A DNA stretch of 64,000 nt from Macrostomum hystrix (GCA_950097015.1 CATNEN010000008.1:3472001-3536000), one strand, 5' to 3'. Shown: positions 10,501-19,987, numbered from the stretch's first letter. Notes: generated from the sequence alone by a model not told the origin. Translations and numbers: made by a program.

Positions 10501-12826
10501 TTTTTCCAGTGAAATAGTAATTAATATGCGCACGTTACTACTCACTAAAAGCAACTAAAAAAATACGCCACCGCCCGCCCGTGCGTTGTTCTAGCACTAT
10601 AGAGGCCGGCTTGGCAGGATCTACTTCGCCAAGTACAGGCTGGCCGTTTGGATTCAGGCTGTAAGTAAATTCAACTCGAAGACCAAGACAGCAGATTCTT
10701 GTGCTGAAACTGCACCGTTGCTGCTGTCCGTTGATTTTTATGCCTCTCCAAGAACTGGTCTAACACCTTATTGCTTGGCTCGGTTGAATTGCACAACGGC
10801 TACCTCTGAGCCTATTTTTGTCTGCTTGTTTTGCAGCTGGTTGCTTTTAGCTGGGCACCAATTTGTAGATTTATTAGAAATCTGCCAAATTTCTTATCAA
10901 CTTGTCTGTTTGTCCGGTTTTAACACATCTTCATCTACTTCTCTTTAATATGATCTATTCCGCCTTCATTTCACCCCTTTCCGTCTTGATCTCACCCCTT
11001 TCCGCTTTAATCTCACCCCTTTCCGCTTTTATCTCACCCTTTCCGCTTTTATCTCACCCTTTCCGCCTTGATCTCACCTCTTTCTGCCTTAATCTCACCC
11101 CTTTCTACCTTAATCTCACCCCTTTCCGCCTTGATCTCACCCCTTTTCACCTTGATCTCATCCCTTTCCGCCTTGATCTCACCCCTTTTCACCTTGATCT
11201 CACCCCTTTCCGCCTTGATCTCACCCCTTTTCACCTTGATCTCACCCCTTTCCGCCTTCATCTCATATCTTTCCGCCTTCATCTCATATCTTTCCGCCTT
11301 CATCTCATATCTTTCCGCCTTGATCTCACCCCTTTTCACCTTGATCTCACCCCTTTCCGCCTTCATCTCATATCTTTCCGCCTTCATCTCATATCTTTCC
11401 GCCTTCATCTCATATCTTTCCGCCTTCATCTCATATCTTTCCGCCTTCATCTCATATCTTTCCGCCTTCATCTCATATCTTTCCGCCTTCATCTCATATC
11501 TTTCGGCCTTCATCTCATATCTTTCCGCCTTCATCTCATATCTTTCCGCCTTCATCTCATATCTTTCCGCCTTCATCTCATATCTTTCCGCCTTCATCTC
11601 ACCCTTTCTCATAGTGATTCAAAATAATTTAAAGCACTTAGATCATTACATGATTAGCCATTGCAGACAGCAAAGTAGCACTTGTTGTTGTCCTCTTTTA
11701 GTTTTTAATCCAACTTGAGCTGAATCTGGCTAAAGTGTGAATCTTTGTGCAATAATCTTCAGTTTTGAGTGAGTGCATGTGACCCTTTTCACGAGATTTT
11801 ATACGAGAGTAGCTCGTTGTTTTAATTTTTTTAAATCCGTGCGATAAAAGCAAAAAGTTACAATATTTGTAATTCTGCAGTTAAAAAATAATCTATTGTT
11901 CAAGCATGCTTATACTAGTTTAGTAATTAATAATTAATGAGGAGTCCGTCCCGTTTAAATTCTGTGGAGACTGAAGATTCCTTGCGTCCTACTATAAGTA
12001 GCGCTATTCGGTGATAATTATTTTAACTGAAAAAAGAAAAAATACTTTTTTGCCCTACTGTCAGTAGTGCATCGCGGAAATCATTACCTCTTTTTATTCC
12101 CAGCGAGTGCGCGGCCTCCTAGCCAGAATTCGCTATCAACGCCTGCGCGCCGCCTGGACCATCGCCGTGCGCTATCGCCGCTACCGGATTAGAGCCCACA
12201 TTCTTCGCGTCTGCGCCGCCTTCGCCGGAGTTGGCCAGCGTCGCGATCTCGGTCGCGGCGTCGAATGGCCTCGTGGGGAGCCTCCGGCCCTGGCCGGCCT
12301 GCTGGCCCAGCTGCGCCGGGTCCAAAACCGCTGGCGAGCCGAGCGCATGCTGGCCTCGATTCCCAGGCACGAGAGGCCGGAATTCCGGCTCAAACTGGCC
12401 AGCTGCGAGCTGCTGCTTGGCACCGACCGGCTGAGGGCCGGCCTGCCGCGCCGTTGGCTCGGCGAGTACCAGCTGCCCAGGCCGAGGGCGGCTGCCAAGA
12501 TGCCGGGCCAGCTGCTGTTCTCCCACCCGGTTCTGAAGGCCGAGCGCGGTGGCGGCTTCAAGTTGACCCGGCGGTGCCTCCTCATCAGCGGCCTGGGCGT
12601 TGCCAAGGCGGATCAGAACGGCGCCGCCCTGATTGGCCCAGTGCGCCAGTTGTCCGGCCTGGCCTGGGTGTCCCTGACTCGGCTGGCCACCGATCCCACC
12701 GTCTGCCTGGCGTTCGATGGCCGCGGCTCCGGTGGCGACCTTCTCATGGTGAGATTCAGTGGCATTGGGGGCGGATAAATCTAGGATTTGAGGGCGGATG
12801 AATCTAGGATTTGAGGGCGGATGAAT

Positions 12827-13516
12827 TGTGGTGCCGGTGTCTCTGGCCTTGTGGTTTTGTTAGGCCTTCCTCACCCAGCGCCGTCTTGGCTGCCCGGTGC
12901 CCAGTGCCGCCATCTGATTGGCTGGGCGCGGGCATTGTGTGCCTATCCTACCCCAGCCCTGCGTGGCTTTGCCCTCACGCCAATCAGCTCTGCGTAGCTT
13001 TGCCCGTCCACCCGTCCAGCGCGTACAACCCTACCCCCCAGCGCGCTGTAGGCTTTGTTTGTGCTCCGCCCCTGTCTGCCCCCTTGTCAGCCCTTAAGGT
13101 ATCGTTTTCTGCCCGGGCCAAGGCTACCTCTCTCCCCCTTGCGAACTTTAAAAGATCGTGCCGTAAAGACGGTCTCTTACGGCGAAGGCTCAATTTATTG
13201 CATAGCGAAGTGATTATTGAATAGTGATTCCGAGTGCATGGTTTATTAAAGTGCAAAAATTGCCGACAAATACATTCAGCGTCATCCTGCCATCCTATCG
13301 TGCGTCCCGACCGGTAAGCACTGTATTTGTGTCTGTCCTTTCGGGGTGCCAGGTCCGCACGGAGTACTGTAATAATCTTAGAAGTACTGTGTGAGCGTCC
13401 TAACGCCACCAGTCCCTGACTGCAACAGAGCGTCCTAACGCCTGATTCAGTGATCGATAATATTTTACTTAATAGGGCTGTGGGCCGGGGATCTCAAACC
13501 GACCACTGTCACTACA
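12827..13516 (+). repeat. 5' LTR, copy 1
   Basis: TGTGGTGCC...CACTACA; inverted CCAAT pair (12914-12922, 12979-12987), TATA-like CTTTAAAAG at 13146-13154, ATTAAA at 13245-13250. Confidence 0.97.
13160..13205 (+). other. Spliced-leader-like sequence inside the LTR (also at 20320-20365, 28824-28869 and 35984-36029)
   Basis: GCCGTAAAGACGGTCTCTTACGGCGAAGGCTCAATTTATTGCATAG; differs at 3 positions from the M. lignano SL as recalled (not database-checked); forms a GCCGTAA/TTACGGC hairpin. Confidence 0.8.
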
Positions 13517-13519
13517 AAT

Positions 13520-13537
13520 TGGCGCCCGAACGGGGAC
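13520..13537 (+). promoter_or_regulatory. Primer-binding site for tRNA-Lys(UUU)
   Basis: TGGCGCCCGAACGGGGAC, 3 nt after the LTR; 17/18 match to the lentiviral tRNA-Lys3 PBS TGGCGCCCGAACAGGGAC. Confidence 0.85.
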
Positions 13538-13678
13538 ACGGTCCCTCATTACCGATAGCAACTATTTGTCTCAGCGAGCATCAAGCGGCCTCATTCAGCA
13601 TCAACTGGGTCAACGAGAGTGCCAGCTATTGTTCTCTGTCTAGACTCACCTACGCCTAGCCTGACAGAACTTTAAGTC

Positions 13679-14587
13679 ATGGGAGATCAAGCCATGGACG
13701 ATCTGATCAACGCGCTGGCCACGCGCCTTAGGGCCAACGCGGAACGCACAGCGCCGAGAATTCCGAAGCCGCCCAAGTACGTCCCATCGATGAACTTCAA
13801 CTTGTGGCTGCAAAATTTCAACGAGTACTGCGGGATGGTCGACATTGAAGAAGGAGACCGAAGGCCACACCTAATCAGCCTCCTTGATCTCACAACGGCA
13901 TACGCCGCAGTAGACAAATTGGACCTCCCGGACGATCTTGAATACGGAGAATTTACGGCGAGGCTCGTAGCCCGATTCACCATGAACAGGACGGTGCAGG
14001 ACTACCGCTTCGAGCTTTCGAACCGTGACCAGCTAGATAAAGAGGCTGTCGAAACCTACGGAGACGAGCTGTTGGAGCTGGCCCGCAACGCCTTCCCCAC
14101 TGCAGACGCAGACACTAGGACCGAGCTGGCAAAGGACAGATTCTTGAAGGGTGTCCGAGTGTCCGACACCGTGCGAGAGAGGCTCTACCTGCAACAGCCG
14201 ACCGACCTCGCGGAGGCCATTCGGACAGTACGACAGCTGGAGGCCGCGCAGAGGGCATCTTCAGCACAGTCTAGAACGAGACCCAGAGCCGGACTGAATG
14301 TTCTGGCTGCAGAGACACCGGCCACCGCTCTGGACAAAGAAGAGGAGCTGCGCCTGCTGCGTCAGCAGGTGAAGACAATGGAGGAGAAAATACAACGCAT
14401 GGAAAGAAACCAGGCGCAGTCAACTCAAGCGGCACGACCAGAGGCGCGAGTAAACCAGACCGGCCCTTCGAATCCAAAACAACGCAACGGCGTCACGTGC
14501 TACCGTTGCGGCGAGGTCGGACACCTGTCGTTCCAGTGCCAGAATTCGGGAAAAGACAGGAGGGGCCCACGTCCTGGAGGCAACTGA
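13679..14587 (+). CDS. gag: Gag (302 aa) with CCHC zinc knuckle
   Basis: ATG-initiated ORF after the PBS; CYRCGEVGHLSFQC = CX2CX4HX4C; capsid-like helical region. Confidence 0.93.
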   Translation: MGDQAMDDLINALATRLRANAERTAPRIPKPPKYVPSMNFNLWLQNFNEYCGMVDIEEGDRRPHLISLLDLTTAYAAVDKLDLPDDLEYGEFTARLVARFTMNRTVQDYRFELSNRDQLDKEAVETYGDELLELARNAFPTADADTRTELAKDRFLKGVRVSDTVRERLYLQQPTDLAEAIRTVRQLEAAQRASSAQSRTRPRAGLNVLAAETPATALDKEEELRLLRQQVKTMEEKIQRMERNQAQSTQAARPEARVNQTGPSNPKQRNGVTCYRCGEVGHLSFQCQNSGKDRRGPRPGGN

Positions 14588-17500
14588 GCCCCTGCTATTC
14601 GCCAGCCTCAAACCAGCATCATCAGCAACCCCAGCCTCACATTCAGCATCATCAGCAACCCCAGCCTCACATTCAGCATCATCAGCAAGCACTGCCTGGC
14701 AACCAGCATCATCAGCAAGCACTGCCTGGCAACCAGCATCATCAGCAAGCACTGCCTGGCAATCAGCAACATCAGCAAGCACTGCCTGGCAACCAGCATC
14801 ATCAGCAAGCACTGCCTGGCAACCAGCATCATCAGCAACCCCAGCCTCACATTCAGCATCATCAGCAAGCACTGCCTGGCAACCAGCATCATCAGCAAGC
14901 ACTGCCTGGCAATCAGCATCATCAGCAACCCCAGCCAGGCATCCAGCATCATCATCAACCCCAGCCTGGCAACCAGCAGCATCAGCAACCACAGCCTGGC
15001 ACCCAGCGTCATCGCAGATCGAGGCGCAAGAAGACAAAAGCGGGGCTGTCTACACCGCTAAGGCAACCATCGAGCCCACCTATTCAGATCAATCCGGTAT
15101 CAATTTTTGTCACCATTAATGTAGCCGAAAAGAAGCTAGACGCTTTAGTGGACTCTGGAGCATCGTGCTCTATCATGTCCACGGAGACCTACGAAAGCTT
15201 GCCGAACTCTAGAATCCAAGTCCTGGCAGGAGCAGAAGGTCATGTCAGCTTGGCAAACGGGAGTCCGATCTCTATCGAGAAGACAGTACAGTTGCCTGTG
15301 GCCATAGCTGGAAAACTCATCAGCACACCGGTACTGGTGGTCAGTGGAATCAAATACCAGCTGGTCCTAGGATCGGACTTCTGTAGGGACAACAGCTGTG
15401 TCATCGACTACCAGCATGCAGCGTTTAGAGTGGGCGAAAGCTCCATCCCGATCCGATGGCAGGCAGAACGACCGCTAGTGTGCAGGATCCTGTCACAAAG
15501 GTCACGAACTCTAAAACCAGGTCAGCAGATCGTCCTCCCTGGAAGGCTCGAAAGGAAAGGCCAGCGAAATAGCGGCTGTCTTGGCATCACCGAGAACCTG
15601 AGTCAGCTCAACCTCGAGTCCGGACGCTGCCTGGCCAAGGCTCTCGTAATACCATCAGAAAAAGCGCTGGTGCCGGCGAGACTCGTTAATCTAACAGAGG
15701 AGCCAGTACGAATTAGGAGAGGTAGCACGCTGGGTTGGTTCTGCCCACTTGAAGTCGCGGAACCGTTTAACACAGTCGAGCTACTTGCCATGGAATCTGA
15801 TCCGTCTCGAAGTGCGGGTCTCAGCAAAGGCGATCCAAACGAACTAGAAATTTCGGAGCTGCTGCCCAACTCCTATGGGTCCTGTGGGCTGACCAGTGAT
15901 GAAAACTCTGCCTTTCAAGATCTAATCTGGAAATACCGAGACGTGTTTGCGACCAAGCAGTCCGCGCCAAAAGTCACCACAGTGGTACAGCACGGAATTG
16001 ACACGACGAACGCGCGGCCCATCAAGATTCCACCGCGCCGATTGCCGCCGCACCTCCAGCCAGAAGTGGACCACCAAATTGACGAGCTGCTGGAAAAAGG
16101 CCAAATAGAAGTGGCACAGTCGCCTTGGTGCTCGCCACTCGTTTGCGTCCGTAAGAAGAGCGGAGAAATGAGGATGTGTGTGGATTATCGCAAGCTTAAC
16201 GATGTCACCGTCAAAGACGCAGTGCCTATGCCGAGAGTCGACGATGCATTGGAGGCCCTTCATGGGGCACAGATCTTCTCGACTATGGACCTGCACAGTG
16301 GGTTTTGGCAGGTCGGCATGTCTCCGAAGGACAAGGACAAGACAGCTTTTTCAGTGCCACACCGGGGACAATTCCGATGGAAAGTCATGCCGTTTGGCTT
16401 GGTGAACAGCCCGGCGACCTTTACCAGGTTGATGGCAGCGGTGTTGGACAAGCAGATGTGGAGAACTTGTTTGGTCTACATTGACGACCTGCTAGTGTGG
16501 TCTGCCGACGTCGCGGAACATCTGCGTCGATTGGAGGAAATCTTTGAAAAGCTTCAACTGGCTAATCTTAGCTTGAAGCCACAAAAATGCCACTTTCTGC
16601 AAAAAGAAGTTGAGTTCCTGGGGCACAAGGTCTCCGCCACAGGTATCAGCACGGAAGAGTCCAAAGTCCAGGAAGTGAGAGACTGGCCAACGCCAAAGAA
16701 CCTGTCGGAGCTGCAGTCTTTCTTAGGGTTGTGTGGCTACTACCGGAGATTCATCAGAAATTTTTCCGAGATCGCCGCACCATTGACTCTGTTGACAACT
16801 AAAGGCGCAAAGTTCCGATGGGAGGAGGAGCAGGAGACTGCCTTCGAAGCATTAAAACAGAATTTGACGAGCTCTGAAGTCATGGCACATCCGGACTTTT
16901 CGCCTACGGCTGGTGAGTTCGTGCTCGACACCGATGGAAGCTCAAAGGTTGGAATCGGGGCCGTACTCTCGCAAGTCCAGACCGATGGTTCGGAGCGAGT
17001 GATCGCGTATGCCTCAAAGTCGCTGAATCAAGCAGAGCGCAATTACTGCACGACACGATTAGAGCTGCTGGCAGTGGTGACGTTCGTTGCCAAGTTCAAA
17101 TACTACCTTCTCGGCAAAGAATTCTGCCTGCGCACTGACCACAGCAGCCTCCAGTGGCTAAAGAACTTCAAGGATGCTGAGGGACAGGTGGCACGTTGGC
17201 TGGAGAAGCTGGCACCGTTCCAGTACAGGATCGTCCACCGGCCAGGTCGAGCCCACGTCAATGCGGATGCAATGTCCCGAAAGCCGGTTGTAAGAAAGCA
17301 TTTTGGCGCCGACTCATGCCCTGTCTGTGCAAGTGGGTATAGCAACAGGATCAACAGCATCGAACTGCGAGGCTTTTCAGCAGCAGATCTCAAGCGCGAA
17401 CAGGATGAGGACGGTGACCTACGGGCTGTCAAGAATGCACTGATCCTTATTACTCAGTCGCCAAATGCGGGAGAGATCGACACCACGGCCTGGAGTCCAC

Positions 17501-18912
17501 TGGCAAGAGGAATTTGGGCGCGACGAGATGATTTGCTGCTCCAAGAAGAGACGCTGTTCATACGTGACAAGAACAAGAGCGACAAGCAACTCATCGTGCT
17601 CCCACAAAGCTGTCTTCCAAGGACGTTGAAAAGCTTGCACCAGGGTGTCGGAGGCGGCCACATGGGCTACGCGAAGACGAAACACAAGATGTTGCAGCGT
17701 TTCTGGCGGCCAGGTCTGGCCCGGGCGATTGAGGAGTTTATTCGAGGATGCGCTGTCTGCTGCAAAGCGAAAGCAGGGAAGAAGAATCGCGCCCCTCTAA
17801 AACCTCTCACATTTGCCGCACCATTCGACTGCATCATGGTGGACATTGTTGGGCCACTGCCGCGAAGCAAAGCCGGAAACTCGTACATTCTGACTGTCCA
17901 AGACTCCTTCACTAAGTGGCCAGACGCCTACCCATTGCGCAATCAGAAAGCGAAGACGGTTGCAAAAGTCCTGTTCGACAGATGGATTAGTCAGCATGGT
18001 TGTCCGAACACGCTGCACAGTGACCAAGGAAGAAACTTCGAGTCCAAAATCGTGCGAGAGATGTGCCGGATGCTCGAGATCAGGAAGTCGCGGACTACAG
18101 CCTACCATCCAAGTGGAAATGGACAGGTTGAAAACTTCAACAAGAGCTTGAAGTCCATGCTCAAGTGCTGCCTAGAAGACGCCGGACGGAACGACTGGGA
18201 GGAGTTCGTGAGTTCAGCGTTGATGGCGTACCGATCGAGCGTCCACAGAGGCACAGGCTACACGCCCCACTACATGGTCTACGGTACGGAGATGCGCCTG
18301 CCTATCGATCTGTCCGACCAGCCGCCCCAGCGCGTGAGCTCGCATGTGGAATTCGTCAAAGACCTGGAGATCAAATTGCAGACGGCTCATCGCGCTGCGC
18401 GGATGCAGCTAAACACGTATCAGAGAAGGCAGAAGGACCACTACGACAAAAAAACTCGGGGTTCCGACATCAAGGAGGGCGACCACGTCTTTATCTACAG
18501 TCCCGCACTGAAGCCTGACGAAGCAGCGAAGTTTCACATCAGTTGGCGAGGACCTGTCCGTGTACTCTGCAAAATCTCAGAGGTTCTGTTCAAGGTAGAG
18601 AATCCGTCGAACCACAGGAAAACGAAAGTCGTCCACTTCAACAACCTCCGGAAGTTCCAAGTACAGGAGGTGAAAGGGCCGGAGACCGAGCCGGACGACG
18701 TACAGTCCGAAGCCGAAGAACCCGAGCAAGATCAGGAAGAGGAAGACTGGCATCCTGGACACCAGAGGAAAGACCCAGTTAGACCTAACCCGGAGGTTCA
18801 GGCCGAACTGCCGCCGGAGCATGAGGAACCGGAGGAGGTGGAATTCGAACCACGAAGGTCCGGCAGAACACGCCGACAACCTGATCGATATGGCCAGCCT
18901 GTGCTGTACTGA
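14497..18912 (+). CDS. pol: Pol polyprotein (protease, RT, RNase H, integrase), probably expressed by -1 frameshift from about 14548
   Basis: LVDSGAS protease; YIDD RT; DTDGS...IGAVL RNase H; H-X6-H...CAVC zinc finger, DIVGP/HSDQG/QVENFN D-D-E, and WRGPV GPY/F-like integrase motifs. No stops. Confidence 0.98.
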   Translation: MLPLRRGRTPVVPVPEFGKRQEGPTSWRQLSPCYSPASNQHHQQPQPHIQHHQQPQPHIQHHQQALPGNQHHQQALPGNQHHQQALPGNQQHQQALPGNQHHQQALPGNQHHQQPQPHIQHHQQALPGNQHHQQALPGNQHHQQPQPGIQHHHQPQPGNQQHQQPQPGTQRHRRSRRKKTKAGLSTPLRQPSSPPIQINPVSIFVTINVAEKKLDALVDSGASCSIMSTETYESLPNSRIQVLAGAEGHVSLANGSPISIEKTVQLPVAIAGKLISTPVLVVSGIKYQLVLGSDFCRDNSCVIDYQHAAFRVGESSIPIRWQAERPLVCRILSQRSRTLKPGQQIVLPGRLERKGQRNSGCLGITENLSQLNLESGRCLAKALVIPSEKALVPARLVNLTEEPVRIRRGSTLGWFCPLEVAEPFNTVELLAMESDPSRSAGLSKGDPNELEISELLPNSYGSCGLTSDENSAFQDLIWKYRDVFATKQSAPKVTTVVQHGIDTTNARPIKIPPRRLPPHLQPEVDHQIDELLEKGQIEVAQSPWCSPLVCVRKKSGEMRMCVDYRKLNDVTVKDAVPMPRVDDALEALHGAQIFSTMDLHSGFWQVGMSPKDKDKTAFSVPHRGQFRWKVMPFGLVNSPATFTRLMAAVLDKQMWRTCLVYIDDLLVWSADVAEHLRRLEEIFEKLQLANLSLKPQKCHFLQKEVEFLGHKVSATGISTEESKVQEVRDWPTPKNLSELQSFLGLCGYYRRFIRNFSEIAAPLTLLTTKGAKFRWEEEQETAFEALKQNLTSSEVMAHPDFSPTAGEFVLDTDGSSKVGIGAVLSQVQTDGSERVIAYASKSLNQAERNYCTTRLELLAVVTFVAKFKYYLLGKEFCLRTDHSSLQWLKNFKDAEGQVARWLEKLAPFQYRIVHRPGRAHVNADAMSRKPVVRKHFGADSCPVCASGYSNRINSIELRGFSAADLKREQDEDGDLRAVKNALILITQSPNAGEIDTTAWSPLARGIWARRDDLLLQEETLFIRDKNKSDKQLIVLPQSCLPRTLKSLHQGVGGGHMGYAKTKHKMLQRFWRPGLARAIEEFIRGCAVCCKAKAGKKNRAPLKPLTFAAPFDCIMVDIVGPLPRSKAGNSYILTVQDSFTKWPDAYPLRNQKAKTVAKVLFDRWISQHGCPNTLHSDQGRNFESKIVREMCRMLEIRKSRTTAYHPSGNGQVENFNKSLKSMLKCCLEDAGRNDWEEFVSSALMAYRSSVHRGTGYTPHYMVYGTEMRLPIDLSDQPPQRVSSHVEFVKDLEIKLQTAHRAARMQLNTYQRRQKDHYDKKTRGSDIKEGDHVFIYSPALKPDEAAKFHISWRGPVRVLCKISEVLFKVENPSNHRKTKVVHFNNLRKFQVQEVKGPETEPDDVQSEAEEPEQDQEEEDWHPGHQRKDPVRPNPEVQAELPPEHEEPEEVEFEPRRSGRTRRQPDRYGQPVLY
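14548..14593 (+). promoter_or_regulatory. Putative -1 ribosomal frameshift signal (also at 30212-30257)
   Basis: G GGA AAA heptamer in the gag frame, 6-nt spacer, stem AGGGGC (14561-14566) / GCCCCT (14588-14593); pol is in the -1 frame. Confidence 0.7.
14611..15000 (+). repeat. Coding 30-bp tandem repeat x13 (NQHHQQALPG / IQHHQQPQPH) in the pol N-terminus (also at 30275-30664)
   Basis: 13 units counted from the translation. Confidence 0.95.
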
Positions 18913-19256
18913 GGCCCGCGAGTCGAGCAAAGCGACATCAAACTGCACGTTTCGTCGCATCATCTGATGTTCAGTAGCGTCCCGACGTGGATCTCTGCTA
19001 AAGATACTATCAGATTGCGTCATGCTCCCCGGTGTGAGTGGTCGGAGGGGACCCCGGCCTTCCTAGCCGCGTATTATTTAGCACGTACTTTACTGTATGT
19101 TCGTTTGGTGTAGGGTTTACTTGTACCGTATGTGTTCGTATGTACTAAACCTGGCATTCTGGGAGGGTGGACACGGGCCGCCTCTGCCGGCAGGTACAAG
19201 GCATCATCGCAGCCCCATGCCTGGTAACATCACTTCCCTGGCTGCAACGCCGCTCG

Positions 19257-19790
19257 GCCTGCGACGTCAACACCTTGCCTGCGATGCCATCGGACTGCCT
19301 GCGACGTCAGCGCACTGCCGGCGACGCCATCGCACTGTCTGCGGAGCCAGCGCCCTGCCTGCGACGTCAGCGCAATGCCTGCGACTCTAGCAATCCTGCG
19401 ACGACAGCGTATGCCCGCGAGGTCAGTGCTCTGCCGAGGTCGCCTGCGCCGGCAGCGACGGCTGCCCGGCCTGTGACGTCAACACCTTGCCTGCGATGCC
19501 ATCGGCCTGCCTGCGATGTTAGCGCACTGCCGGCGACGTCAGCGCACTGTCTGCGACGCCACCGCCCTGCCTGGGACGCCGGCGTGCGCCTGCGATGTCA
19601 GTGCTCTGCCGAAGTCGCCTGCGCCGGCTGCAACGGCTGCTCGGTCTGCGACGTCAGCGCCTTGCCTGCGGTGCCAGCACACTGTCTGCGACGTCAGCGC
19701 CGTGCCTGCGACGGCTGCCCTGGCTGCGACCACAGCGCTCTGCTATCAGCGCCGAGGCCGGTGACGTCAGTGCCCGGTCCGCGACGTCGG
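19257..19790 (+). repeat. Degenerate 20-bp tandem array (GCCTGCGACGTCAGCGCACT) in the element 3' UTR (also at 34921-35454)
   Basis: About 25 degenerate units with higher-order restarts at 19257, 19469 and 19644. Confidence 0.8.
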
Positions 19791-19975
19791 TACATAGCCT
19801 AGACGTGCGTCCCTACAGTCTTGCCGCGCTCTGCCAACCCCAGTGCCTCCCTGTCCAGTGCCAGTAACTTTCGTTTCGTTCCTTTTGTTTACATTTAAAT
19901 TTCGGTCGGTCGACGTCGTTTATCCCAGTGTCTTCTTTTCCCAGTTTCATCCTTATGCGTGTATTTTGCTTTTTT

Positions 19976-19987
19976 AGGAGGGGAGGA
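19976..19987 (+). promoter_or_regulatory. Polypurine tract (also at 35640-35651)
   Basis: AGGAGGGGAGGA abutting the 3' LTR and preceded by a T-tract. Confidence 0.9.

Noticed and set aside
12984-13409. 141-aa antisense ORF and 137-aa sense ORF in the LTRs
   Set aside because: Non-ATG starts and no recognisable motifs; recurrence only reflects LTR identity.
14420-15037. Antisense DDAGCQAVLA repeat protein
   Set aside because: It is the reverse reading of the Gln/His coding repeat.
18660-18912. Chromodomain at the integrase C-terminus
   Set aside because: Only an acidic linker and an RRSxRxRRxPxRY-type tail are present; there is no aromatic-cage pattern.
19097-19867. Cys/Arg-rich ORFs (up to 211 aa) after pol as a possible env or accessory gene
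   Set aside because: No signal peptide, transmembrane segment or furin site; explained by a GC-rich repeat of period 20.
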